Assembly (NCBI GenBank): GCA_013265495.1
Contig: MU058718.1
Span: forward strand, 3,185,779-3,249,778
Source of the DNA: Vicugna vicugna
Taxonomy: Eukaryota
Direction: 5' to 3'
Length of the DNA stretch: 64,000 nt
Shown: piece after piece, positions 38,475 through 51,099 of the stretch
Layout: each line of letters starts with the position of its first letter
How positions within the stretch are numbered: position 1 is the stretch's first letter
Notes under the pieces: generated by a model
The model's database searches: none
Seen by the model: only the letters and a program-made list of their open reading frames with translations
Told to the model about the DNA's origin: nothing
Translations under genes and position numbers: made by a program

Positions 38475-39060
38475 ATTTTATTAAGATATAATTGACATAC
38501 AGCACTGTAGAAGTTTAAGGTGCACAGCGTAATGATTTGACTTACACCCACCGTGAAGTGATTCCCACAATGAGCGCAGTGATGGTAGGATTTGCTGAAG
38601 GACTGGATGTGTGATATAAGAGAAAAGAGTCAGAGAAAACCTCAGACACGGTTTGAAGCCTGAGCAGGTCAAGGATGGAGTTGCCATTTGCAGAGACGGG
38701 GAACCTAGGGTGCAGGTTCACTGGAGTTTAGCTATAGACCATATTGTTCATCATGGCCATGAGTCATCTAACTGGAGGTGGCAAACAAGCAGTTGTATGT
38801 ATGTCTAGTGTTGAAGATAGAATCTTGGAGCTGACAGTAGACCAATGGTATTTGAGGCCATGGTATTTGATGGAATCTCTTGGCAAGTGAATGTACCTGG
38901 AGGTTTGAGGCCTTAGGACTGAGTTCTGGGGCACCTCCCACTGTTAGAAATTGGAGAGAGGGAGAGCTTCCACACAAGAGATTTAGATGATTCTTAGGAG
39001 AACTAAGAGAGAGATGTCCCAGCCCAGTGATGAAAATGTTTCAAGAAAGGAATGGTGAAA
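38475..39060 (-). mobile_element. L1 3' fragment abutting an L2 fragment
   Basis: ttattaagatataattgacatacagcactg (L1); ggatttgctgaaggactggatgtg ... gagttgccatttgcagag (antisense L2). Confidence 0.65.
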
Positions 39061-39677
39061 TATGATGCAGCCACTAAAAATAATGTATTTTAATCTTAAT
39101 GTTACAGAAATAGGATGATGTAATGTGAAGTGAAACAAAACTAGGGCTCAAACTGCATACAGTGAGATATTAATTTTGTTCAAATTAACATATTTAGGCC
39201 CTAGAAAAACAGACTGAAAGAAAATACAGCAATGTAAAGTTATTTCTCAGTTTTTACTTTAGGATTGCCTTTGTTTTCTGCCTTTTATAGAAACTTCCAA
39301 GTTTTCTACTGCAAACTTATTTTTTAATAGAATTATATCTAAAATTTTAAAAGGTTCTAATAACAAAGACTTTTGGACTCAGCCTTTTAAAAGTGAAAAT
39401 ATGTAACACTTCGAAAGTCTTTAAAACAAGACAGTAGAAACTGTTGACAGATCATGTGGTTAATTTGGTAGATTTCATTTTCTTCTCGTCTCAAAAATAA
39501 GTATTACAATTTCTTCTTTTTTGTTCATTTGCATTGCAATTATCTTACTATTTGTATTACTTAATATTAATATTATTTTAATTAATAGAATCTGATCATT
39601 TTTATTCATCTAAAGAACCTCTTCTATAGATATGTAGAAGGTGGGTTGGTGGGTTTCCATTTTCAAAGTTTAGGGTT

Positions 39678-40110
39678 TAATGAAATAAGTCAGAGAAAGA
39701 AAAATACTGTATGATCCCACTTATATATGTAACATTATAAAAAACCAAACTCATAGGTACAGAGAATAGATTGGTGGTTGTGAGGGGGTGGAGGTGAGCA
39801 AAATGGGAGAAGGTGATAAAAGGTACAAACTTCTAGCTGTAAGATAAACAAGTCCTGGGAATGTAATGGTAACTATAGTTAACAATACTGTACTGCATAT
39901 TTGAAAGTTGCTAAGAGAATAGATCTTAGAAGTTCTCATCACAAGGAAAAAAGAGTGTAATTACGTGAGGTGAGGCATGTTAACTAGACTTAGTGTAATA
40001 ATCATTTTGCAATATATACATATATCAAATCATCATGTTGTCCACTTTAAACATATACAATGTCAATTATATCTCAATAAAACTAGAAAATACAAATAAA
40101 ATGTAAAAGC
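39678..40110 (+). mobile_element. L1 3' end (L1MA-type)
   Basis: tgaaataagtcagagaaagaaaaatactgtatgatc ... tatttgaaagttgctaagagaatagatctt ... ttatatctcaataaa. Confidence 0.85.
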
Positions 40111-40815
40111 AAAAAAATGCAAAAAACAAATGTTAAGATTTCAACGTAACCTTGACAGGTCACTTAATAGGTCTGTATCCTAGTTTTCTTGTCTGTTAAA
40201 TGAGATTGATGGAGCCTCCCCAAGTCACAGTGTGTGAGACCATTAGACTAAATTAAATTAGATATAGTGCAGATGCGAGACTGCAGAGAGATAGGGGGTG
40301 ACTCTTCACCAGCCTCCTCTGGGTTCTGGCTTCACCGCCAGCAGCCCTCACTAGCAGCAATAGTTGACTTAAACCAGTTGTACTGAACACCGCTAAGTGG
40401 CCACACCACCTCTACAGATGACCCCATGAGGGCACACACAGCTCCTGCTTGGCAGGAGAAGGAGCTGGTGGTTCCAGCCAGGCCCCAGGAGCGCAGGTTT
40501 AATTCCTGAAGCTGGTAGTAAGACACGAGCCCTTTATTCTATTATTAGCAGGTGAAGCCAGCAGTCGAGCCGAGCTCTGCCCACCCTGAGGCCCTGCCTG
40601 GGCATGTGCTGGAAGCCTCTTTGAACAGCTTCAAATAACATTTTATGTCTCAAAATGCCACAAGCAATTGAGGGCAGTCTGGACTTAGCTGGCTGCATAT
40701 TTCTTTAAACAAATCGTTTGTCACTGATTCTTTTAGGAAAAAGCCAACGTAGGGAAGAGAAGATGAGTTTCACTAACAGAGATGACAGATGCAGGTATGA
40801 AAGTTGCCAACGTAC

Positions 40816-40892
40816 TCTTTTCTTCTGAAGTTAATTCCTCAATAAAAGATACGCACAACTCAAGAACAAACACAATACAGACCTGGTCTCCA
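40816..40892 (-). pseudogene. Candidate exon, GDQVCIVFVLELCVSFIEELTSEEK (alternative donor at 40778)
   Basis: Acceptor ccttattcctaactcctatag|T; donors AGA|gtacgt or TCT|gttagt. Confidence 0.5.
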
Positions 40893-43800
40893 CTATAGGA
40901 GTTAGGAATAAGGTTGGATTTATGTCCCACAGACTAGGAGCAGACAGTTTCCCCTCCCCCACCATCCTGAGAGCAGGATAATAAACGGAAGAGACCAGCC
41001 TTTTCTTCCTCTTAAGGAGTAGGGTGCCTGAGGAGGCATTTCCACTCCCAGGAGAAGGCGGTGGGATTCGGGATCCATAACACGATAAGCCACTTGCAGA
41101 CCTGGAAGAGTTAGTCAGCCATTTGGAGACCCAGCTCACTTCCTGTGTTCGTAAAACTTGGGCTCATCACATCGACTCCCAGGATGGCTGTGAGGCTGAA
41201 ATGCTGTAAGCACGGCTAGGTTTTTTGACTCACACTGACTGTACGCCTATGTTACATCAGCAGAGCCATCACCCAAGATCTGTCCAAGACCCTGGGTTAC
41301 TTCTCACAGCCCTTGTTCAGTCAACATCAGATTCGCTTTCCCTACACATGCACACCCCCTACTTTGAGCAGCTCAGGGCCTCTAACTTCAATGTTCGATC
41401 TGCAGTTGTGTGACAGCAATGACCATCCACTGCTGCTGCCCTAGAATACCCTTCCTCATGAGTCCTGCTCCTCCTCCCAGTCAAATCCCGCCATCCGCAA
41501 TCTAACAGCATTTTCCAGCACTTGGAAATTCTGAATCAATCTGCAATTCCTCTTCCTAGAATCCTTCCCCCTGAGTTCTGATCACATGTGAAACAAGTTT
41601 AGCCCTTGTGCAAATCAGTTCTGTAGCCAAGTCCCTAATGTAAAAGCTAACAGAAGCCAAGGGTGGGGCTGGGAGAATGAAGTCGGTGTGACAGCCCCAT
41701 GGTGAGGAGGAGGGAAGGAAGGCTGTGTGATCCAGAAGGAAAAACACTGGATCAGGAGTCAGTAAACCCCAGCTCCAGTCCCAGGTCCAGCCTTGAGTTC
41801 TGTGGCTGTGAGTAACACACTTCTGTCTGTGGGCTTCTGTCTCCCACTCACCAGGTCAGGGGGTCAGAACCAAATCAGACACAGCAAGTAGGTAGTGGTG
41901 CTGCCACCGTTCACTCCCTCCTCCCACGCCCATGGCAAATGTCCCTGATCAAGCAGAACATTCTTTCCTGTGGGATCCATGCAGCCACTGTCACACCACT
42001 GCGGTGGGCACGGGAGACAAAACATCTTGGCAATCTCCGAGCCACGGTCTAAAATCTTCCTTATTGTTGGAACGCTGTCTGTTTCTATGACATGTACAGT
42101 TCAGAGTACAGGTTTGCTCACTGAAGAGCATCACCAGGAAGTGAGGCGTTATGACTTTCCTAGAAATCAGCCACGTACAGTCCAATGCCCTGTAACACTG
42201 AGCTCTGGGCAGACAATGGACTGGTCCTGCCAGAATGCCATGTGAAGGAAAACCAATCCTATGATCCACAGCTGGGCGGAGCTTTGCCCCAACCATGTCC
42301 GTGCAGCAGAGGATGGCCCTTTAAGACCTGGCACTGACTTTTTGTTGGAATTTCCAAAGAATATATCCCAGGAGCCTCATTTCACCACGGTAATCAGGCT
42401 AATTCCACAGATTCTGCTGTGCCAAGTCCTTCCTTACTTGCTAGCTTCGATGTCTGCTTTGGCCTCCTGCCCTTCCTGTGAAACCCTGGCCCGTTTCACT
42501 GTAGATTCCACAGCCCATGACCTCGACTCAACTCTGAATCTGGCTCCAGCCATCTTGGGCTGATTTGGTGCCTCTTTCCCCTACCAACCAGAGCCTAGCA
42601 GCCCCAAACTGCCCTCTGTTGCCCCATCCCCACTAGGCGTCCAACTCCAATGCAGACTCTACACTGAATCTCCCCAGTTGTATCTGTCTTCTCACCACCT
42701 CCCCCATGAGTGCCAAGTGGCACCAGCTTTGGGAATCCACAGAAACAGTAACGACTCTCCTGGCCCGGGAAATAGTGTTAGCTCTGCTACCTGACAGTCT
42801 TCAGTAGTTTTCTTAGCTCCATTTACTTACCCACATTCCTCTACCTGCTTCTAAGGCCCTTTGTAACCCTTTGTAAGATTCCGTCCTACGCATCTCCCAG
42901 GACACTCCTCCAACTCAAGTCACCCAGGTCTTCCTCCTGTGCCATCAGCCCTGGAGCCCACTTCTACTTCTGGCCACCAGACATTATGTTCCCTTTGCCA
43001 GGAACTTCCTGTCCTTTCTCAGAGCCCCAAAGCCACCAATCTTCACAGTCCAGCTTACACCCCATCTCTCCTAGGAAGGTCTCCCTGACTACAGCCTCAG
43101 TTTTTACCTACCATTTACACCAGGAAATCTAGTACTTAATTAAACGTTACTTCACAGGAGTCACAAATGTTTCATCAGTGTTGACTTTAACTTTTCAACC
43201 AGAGTGGAAGTTTTTTGAGGGCAAGAACCTACCACAGGACCTGAATGTTTCTTACTGGTGACATCACAACAAATCAACAAACTACCGAGTACCTTTTGTA
43301 CGGCAGAAGTGCTTAGTAAACATTGGCTAATTCATTTTTCTAACCACCAAGTAAGTCTACTCAGGTACATCAAATTCTTACCCGTTTACGTCCAACCTGG
43401 ACCATTACAGATCCTTCCCTTCCTGAATTAAAAAATAGTTTAATTATGCCAGAGCCCAAGAAAATATGTACCTGTTGGACTTCAGCAGCACTTTTCAAAC
43501 TTGTAAGTACAAAGTACCATCTGAAGTATTTTCTAGAAAAGCAGATTCACCAGCGCCGGTTTCTGAGTCAGGGGGCCTCGGGTGAGGCCTGAAATGTGCA
43601 TTTTAATAAGCAGTCGAGGTAATTCTGAAGTAGACAGTTTCCCCTGCTCCTAGGAAAACTGGGCTCTCGGAACCTCGTTTTCCAGAGACAGTCTGCAGTG
43701 TGTGGGCGAAGGCAGGTGAGGGGCCACCACCCCCAACAAGTTTATCCAGGTGGCCTCTGGCTGAGAATTTCCTCAGCCTCCTCCCTGGTTTCAGTCCAAC

Positions 43801-46559
43801 TCTGGTTACCAAACCTCTGAGCCCTTCAGCCAAAAGACCATTTGGCCTCGAAGGATCATTGTTATCTGTAGCGATCTCCCTGTCAGGGGCCTCCATTTGC
43901 TTTGCCCTCGTTGGAGAAAGCAAATCAACACATCAGTGCTCTCACTCAACCAGCAGCAGCCTGGGCTCGCAGGCTGTTTGAGCAGCTATGAATCAGAATG
44001 GACTCATGAATAATTTGTATGGGACTTGTTACGTCTCGTTTCAGTCTCTTCAGCTCATAGTTTTCCTTCTTTGGCCTTTCCAGTACTTAGATGTCCAATT
44101 ATTTTAAAGGCTTCGAGTCTGGAATATCACATACCCAGCGTTACACAGAATCTGGCTTTTCATAGCTGACATCTCAGTAAGCTCTCAAATTTACAGCCCC
44201 ACATGTCAAAAGCAAGGGAACAGAGAAAGCTTCTGAGCAGGCAGGGCAAAGCCAGCTAGGGCGTGTCTGCTCCCCGGGATCTGCTGCACCCTGGCTGAGG
44301 AACATTCTGGGCGTCTTAGCTCATTGTACACAGATGCCTGAGGCCAACTGGTTTTCCACACCAACTTTTGCAGGATTATTAACACCCCTCCTATTTGCAA
44401 ATGAGAACTCTGTAGGGTAAACAACTGTTTTCTCTTCCTCCAAACTTGACTCTACTCTGGGGTTTGCAGAAGCCTGGGCAATGTGTTTATGGAAAAACTG
44501 GTTCTTGCTTTCCTGCAGGTGTGCAGGGTTTCTGAGAGGGGGGCCAGTTGGAGAGTGGAAAGAGCATCTGGGAAGACTGAGAGTCAGGAGAAGGGAAAGG
44601 AAACAAACGTGTGCCTGCCCATTTCTGCTCTTGGCCCTTTTCATCTGCCCTCACCCTGGACTCACTCGGGCCCTAAGCAAGGCCTTTGCATCCAGCTGAT
44701 TGGTTTGTGTTGAATTCTCTTTCAATTTATCTCAAGCCTGAGGAGAGTCACCTTTCATAAAACTTCACTAAGCATCTTTTAAATTATGATTCGCCATTTG
44801 AAACAATAGCCACAGGCATTAAAGTCCAGAGATGCAGTAGCTTTGATCACCATTCAATAGAGGATCGGAGATTGAGTCAATCAACCAAGGAGAAGAGCAT
44901 CCACTTAGGAAAGGGCAGCCAGGCGGGTATGAGCAGACTGGGTACCATCCAGAGGTACCTGTCTCCTGGGGTGCAGGCATCACAAGAGGACAGGGCAGGA
45001 GGACCAGTGGTGAAAAGCAAGGGGCCAGAGTGGAACAGCCTGGGTGCAAATCGTGTCTCCACCATCTGTAACCATCTCACTCTGGACAGTTTACTTGACT
45101 GCCCTCAGCTTTAGCTTCCTCCTCTGTGAGGTTGGGATAATGACAGGAACAACTTTAGGAGATTGCTGTGAGAATTAAATGAGCTCATCTAAGTAAAAAC
45201 ATTCAGTAGACACACAGTAAGTGTGTAATTAATATTGATTATTGACTCTATTTAAAGACTAGGGATGCAGGATTTAGTCCTCGTGATGGGTGTCTTCTGA
45301 AGATGTTCAAAGGGACAATGCTTCAGAAGCTAGCAGCCTCCTGACACCGTGACACAGGTAGCAGTGTGACTGGGCTGGGCACAGCTGTCCCCGCCACCAC
45401 TCCCCCCGGAATGCTCAGATTGTCTAAGGGAGACATCCGGTGGAGACTTATCTTGGTCTCCACCTTGGGCAAAGTGAAGAGAAAGCCCTTCTCTACCCTT
45501 GCTTTTATTTTCATTTCCAAAGAATTTAAGATGTTCATTGAATTTCATGACAGTATAGTAGAGCTCTTACTTTGCAGAACTAACCTACTGGGGGAACAAT
45601 AATTAGTTCATGTGAAGTATGTACTCACCTCAGTCTATTTCATATTTATTCCCTTGCTCTTTTCTCACAACAACTCACTGAACTGAGTCCTATTATCATT
45701 CTATTTTACAGGGGAAACTGAGGCACAGAATGGTAACTTGCCCAAGGTCAGCAGTTCAGCCAGGACTTTTCAACCCCAGCGCCCATGCTACAAAGCTATG
45801 TCTCATCGTAACCAACCATCTCTCTTTCTGACTCCCTAAGTATTTTTACTTATTTTTATGGACATTTACAAAGAAGGGCAAGTGGATAATGAAAAGTGTC
45901 AGTGAACATCTGTTTTAACAAAGTCGTATTTCTCACTTAACCGTGAATCATGTTACAAAGCACTCTACTAGGACTAGAGAGGAGAGGGGAAGGACAGACA
46001 CGCAGCCCCTGCCCCTAACGAATGTTCAGTCTCCTTGATGCAAGGGCAAGTGAGGGAGAGAGACCACGGGAAATAAAAATAGGGGAATTGACGGGAGGGA
46101 GGGAGGCAGGGAGAGGAAAGGGATACCTGGACCACTACAGAGGAGTTTGGGATAATTTGATCCCATGAGGAAAGTCAGTGTGTCTTCTTTTCTTCCATAG
46201 TGAACTGAGGAAACAAGCTCAGAGATCTTAAATAGTAAATCCTGGATTGCTCAGCAAATCAGAGGGAGAGGTAGAGTCTACCGTCTAACTGTGAAGCCCA
46301 CACTCTCCCGGCTGCACCATGTATCTCGCTGAGCCTGAGAAAGTGGCTGGAGGCCATGTCCTCAAGAGCCTGAAAGTTGCTCTAAGGAGTTTGGGCTTCA
46401 ATCTTTAATAGATGGAAGTACCCACAATGCCTCCTTGGCTCCAAATTTAAGAACATCATCCAGGAATTTCCTTACAGGAGCCAGATCCCACTGGTTTCCC
46501 TCTGTGCATACATCCCTTCCCCCTACCCCGCCCCAAGGGTGTCCAGTGAGCCAGTCCAC

Positions 46560-46619
46560 CATTTCTTTCACTCTTTTATGCAAACGCAGCAGCTGCATTA
46601 GCTGCACCTGCAGCCCCTG
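46560..46619 (-). pseudogene. Candidate exon, (Q)GLQVQLMQLLRLHKRVKEM; could extend to 46476
   Basis: NAGNAG acceptor acacagcag|; donors ATG|gtggac or CCT|gtaagg; lies within ORF 46398..46646. Confidence 0.3.
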
Positions 46620-49289
46620 CTGTGTCGCACACGATAAAAGGATCAAAGCCTGGAAAATGACTTCAGACTATAATTTAAGATAATTAAGATTTTTTTAACC
46701 TAAATTACATTTTAACATTTCATAACAGAGCTGTCAAGATTCTATCTATCAAAACTCTATCAAGCAAACAAAAGAGGATAATTATATTTCAGACATACAC
46801 AGTCATCACTCTGGTTTCTCATAGAAAGACTCCTGTCTTCCTTCACATTCTCATTTGCAAATACTCTTCCTCTTTCTCACCCACCTTTAGAGTATGAGAC
46901 TATACACTCTTAAGCAAGTGGAAAATATGCCAAAGGCGTCTGTAACTCAGGACATGAAAGCATTTCTCAGAAGCAGCAACTCTAATAAGAACTGCATCTA
47001 AAGGAAATATCTCGGAGTTGGTAGGGGCGTCCTGTCTCACTAAACAGACTCTGATTGGGGATGGGAGAAAGGTAGGATATTAAACTCCTCAAATCAAAGA
47101 GAACAATGAAATGCCAACACACTTCCTACTAGAAGCTGAATCTGCTTTCCTCCTGTCCCATTGGATTAGAGAGTTTGTTCTAAAGTCTTCTTTGAGATAC
47201 CAAAGGAAGAACAGTAACTATATATTGGGTATTGTTGGATGCCTCCCCATCATCCATTTCACCCCTCCCTGGATCATAACACTGTTTGGGTAACAATGAC
47301 ACTTTCGGCAGCCCCAGTACTTGGTTCCCAGTGGCCTCAGGAGCTCAGTATAATCTTATCCTTTTTACAACTGAGACTGATGCAGGAACCAGCTAGGAAC
47401 TCAGGCCTCAGCCAATCAGTACATGACATCCCCCAGCCCCAGTGACCAGGCAGGACAGGGGCGTATGACCTCAGTCGGTCGAATCAGAGTGAAGCTCAGT
47501 TTAGTTGGGTGGTAGAGAGGAGAGAAATGCTCCCCTTTTGGACCAGTGGCAAACAGCACTGCCCCTGGAACTGTGCAGGCAGATAAAGGAAGCCTGAGGA
47601 CCGAGCCAACACACTAAGGAGGGCAAAGCCAAGAGCATAACAGAGAAATTGAGTGGGAATCCTAGTGAAACGGTGTGTGAAAACTGACACACAGCCAGTT
47701 TCAGGTGGGTTCCCTTCTGTTTGCAACCAAGAGCAAGCATCCTAATGGAGCCACCAACTCTAATAGATCAGTGCCTTGTGGGACTTCAGCCCTTTGAAAA
47801 TCTGTCATAAGCCATGATCCTTCTTCTCAGAAAAACAACACATACACCAAAGTTCATACAGAATTTAGGAAGGACAGAGGCACAGACTCTGGATTAAGGG
47901 TTCCCAGAAGACTGGTTAGAAGCTTAGGCTTCGGGGTAGGAGGGATCTGGGTTCAAATCCTGCCTGGGCACTCGGAACTGCATTACTTTGGGTTGGCTTA
48001 CGTGACTCTTCTGAACTTCATTTGAGTCCTCTATAAAATGAGGATGATAATAATAATACATACTTCACAGGGATGTAAAAATTAAATAAAATTATGGATA
48101 TCTAGAGATTAGCATGCCACACAGTCACATCACAAACACTGTGGCATCAAGTAATTAAGAATAGTCCTTAAGGGGCTCCAGAGAGAAAGCCCTTTAGATA
48201 AATGTCCATGTCAAATGGTAGGATATATAAAAGGGAGGCCACAACTGCTCTGAAAATATGAAGCGGTTGATTAGCAATGGGTCCTAAATTTGGGGGAAAG
48301 CTGACATTTGGGGCAGGGTTGGGGGCAAAACACAGCTTCCTCACCTGAAAAATGCCTAGACACTGCACAGGATTACTGTGGATCAAATGAGAGAAAAAGG
48401 ATTTGATCCTCACTGGGGAAGAATGAGGAAGGTTTCATTAATTGTGAAGTTTAAAAAAAAGTCTTAAGTTTATACAAAAGATCTGCGGTTACAGATCTCC
48501 TACAGACTTTTGGAATCCTAAGAGAGCAAAATGTAGCAACTTCCCACCCCAGCTCAGCACAAGTGACTCACCAGGCTGTCCTTCACGCCAAAACCCCAAA
48601 ATTTCTCTTAGAAAGGGGAGACCTTGGACTCCACCAGCGGTGGTCATCCTGTCCAACATCCCTCCCTGCTTCTCCACTCGCCTGCCCACCTCCAGCACTG
48701 CCGAGCCTGCTCCACCCCAAGGATTTCCCGGACACCCACATCCCAACAGAATCGTAAGGCTCTTTGAACATGTCCCATTGACTTATGACTTGGAAATGTC
48801 AGCAGGAATGGAAACTCCAGGGCAGAGCCAGGAGGAGTTCCGTCCAGGGACATTTTAGAGCTGACACAGCCCATCTGCGTGGCCTTTCACTGTGGTCCTC
48901 TAATTCTACCTTCCATTATCTTATTTTCCTTTCTGCATCAAGACTTTCCTTCTTTTTCCACTCCATCTTTCTAAGTAGGCCAGTCACATATAAGCACTTT
49001 TTCCGAAAACCAGTGCAATCCCATCTTTGCATTTCCTGCATTTAGCCTTTTTATGGTTGACGCCAAAGCAAGTCCCAATAAAATGATGTGAACAGGCCCC
49101 TCTCCACAGCGAGGTGGGCAGAAAGCCTGGACTGGAAGGAATTATGTCCCACCCCAGGCTATTATCCCTGTAAATCAATTCCTTCCTATGAATCTTCCCT
49201 CTCAAGACCCCCTCAGAGCTCTGGGGGAGGTAGGGAGTGGTTAAGGAGGGGTCACAAATTAACAGGAAAAGGTTAAAAGCTCTTCTGAC

Positions 49290-49440
49290 TTTCCGCAGCA
49301 CAGCCAGCAATGAGTCAGCGACAAAGTTCGGCTCCCTCCTAGAAACAGCTGAGGCCAAGAGGCAGAAGGAAAGAAATGCCGACAGAGACCCATAGAGCCC
49401 GCTGCAATGTGGTAAAGCACCCAGCCAGCCAGCACATCTT
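49290..49440 (-). pseudogene. Candidate 151-nt exon, open in two frames (RCAGWLGALPHCSGLYGSLSAFLSFCLLASAVSRREPNFVADSLLAVLRK or DVLAGWVLYHIAAGSMGLCRHFF...)
   Basis: Acceptor ctgctctccttttccag|A; donor AAA|gtcaga. Confidence 0.4.
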
Positions 49441-50588
49441 CTGGAAAAGGAGAGCAGATGCGACCACAGTTGGCACTGAGAAGAGCCAAGCCACAGCGCT
49501 GCTGATGACAGTCACCACCCGGAAGGAACGCGCCAAAGAGAGCTGCAGAGGCGGCAGCTGGGCTCACTGAGGAACATGTAAGTCATGGCTGAGGGGAGGG
49601 GGGTGGGGCTCCTCTCAGGGATGGCTGTAGTATCTGCTGCAACCCAGACCTCAGCCAGAAAGCAGAGATTCCAGGAATCATGGGCACTGAAGAGACAAGG
49701 TTCAAAGCCTATGAAGACTTTAGACACAATCCTTGGAGGTTTTTGTAAATCGATGAGCACCAAATGTGTACCTTTTCTTTTTTTAAATGCAGGATAATAG
49801 TTCTGCAAGCCTGGTTATTCCCACCTATTTTAGAGGAACAAATTGGAATTGAGAGTCTCCTACGATGCAGCTCAGAGCAACGAGCTCTTCCTCCAGATAG
49901 CAAGTATCTAGAAAATGAAAGAAGCACAAATAATTACTGGTGTGCTAAGCACTGAGAACTACTGCATCATTAAGGCCTCAAGCTGAAAAATCCCTCTTCC
50001 TGACCTAAATCTCCTTTACTTCTCACCCCACAGCTCTCTCACTCCTGCTGAATCTGTCCTCCCCTCCTCTGGGCCTCCGTTCTCCAGATCCATCTCTTAT
50101 GTCCTCATTCATCAGTGTCCTTCTGGCTTTATCTGCCACCTACCCAGCCTGGACTCCATTAGAAATTATTTAAACAGGATTTTTCCCAGAACCTTAGAAT
50201 TGCTCACTCCCAAACTATCTCCTATGGCTATACTGTTGGTCGTCAGATCTGGGACACTCTTATCTTTTTTCCCCCTATTTCATTGTCATATGGGACAAAT
50301 CACCAAATTTATCCCATGTGCCCATTTTCTCTAAACCCTTACGGGGGTCTAACTTCCTACTGACAATCCTTTTTGTTAACTTTTCCTCTTGTCCTGCACA
50401 ACTTCTACCAGCATTAGTCTCCCCAGATCTATCTGTTTGACCGCCTTACCTATAAAGGCAAGCTCATTTTTTGTCATTATGAAAAGAATGGGTTATTGCT
50501 TAGGATTCTGTCAAGTTCTTTATCAAAAAAAAAAACAAAAAAACAAGACTATATATTCTCCACCACAGTTTTACCTTTCCACTTGTTA

Positions 50589-50672
50589 CAAAGAAAGAAA
50601 GGAAGAAAGAAAGAAAGGAAGAAAGAAAGGAAGGAAGGAAGGAAGGAAGGAAGGAAGGAAGGAAGGAAGGAA

Positions 50673-50733
<61 letters not shown>

Positions 50734-50774
50734 GAAGGAAGGAAGGAAAAGAAAGAAAGAGAAAAAGAAAAGAG
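50589..50774 (+). repeat. Compound (GAAA)n/(GGAA)n microsatellite
   Basis: Read directly from the sequence. Confidence 0.95.
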
Positions 50775-51099
50775 ATATTCTTCTTTATTTTTATAAAGTT
50801 GTACCTGGGCTCCTCATCTTCTAGCTTCTCACCTTCTCCAGGATCTTGCTCTATCAATTTTGTCCTCTCTCACCTGGAGCTTGTCTCTCTGTTGCTGCCA
50901 GTTCTATCTTCTCTGCTGTAACCAGACCCAGGTAACCTATCTCAAGAAATATATAACTTCGCAGAAATCATGCTTTAGCTATTCCCTTTAGGGACACTTA
51001 AACCGTCTAGGCTCACAGAAGTCCTATAAGAAGAGACAGACAGACACACACACACACACATCTGCTGAGGGTGAGCTCAAAATAAAGTATTACAATCAA

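Noticed and set aside
8300..44512. Further weak minus-strand exon-like segments near 8300-8400, 9290-9495, 32970-33045, 40420-40513, 43815-43906 and 44330-44512
   Set aside because: One splice site weak or frame ambiguous; may belong to the chain but not supportable without alignment
49339..49536. Hydrophobic ORF resembling GPCR TM4-TM5 (AVAWLFSVP ... FLLPLGLSCF)
   Set aside because: No flanking DRY, CWxP or NPxxY motifs seen; better explained as an alternative frame across a splice acceptor
50389..50921. K/E/R-rich and F/L/S-rich ORFs of 102-141 aa
   Set aside because: Translations of the (GAAA)n/(GGAA)n microsatellite
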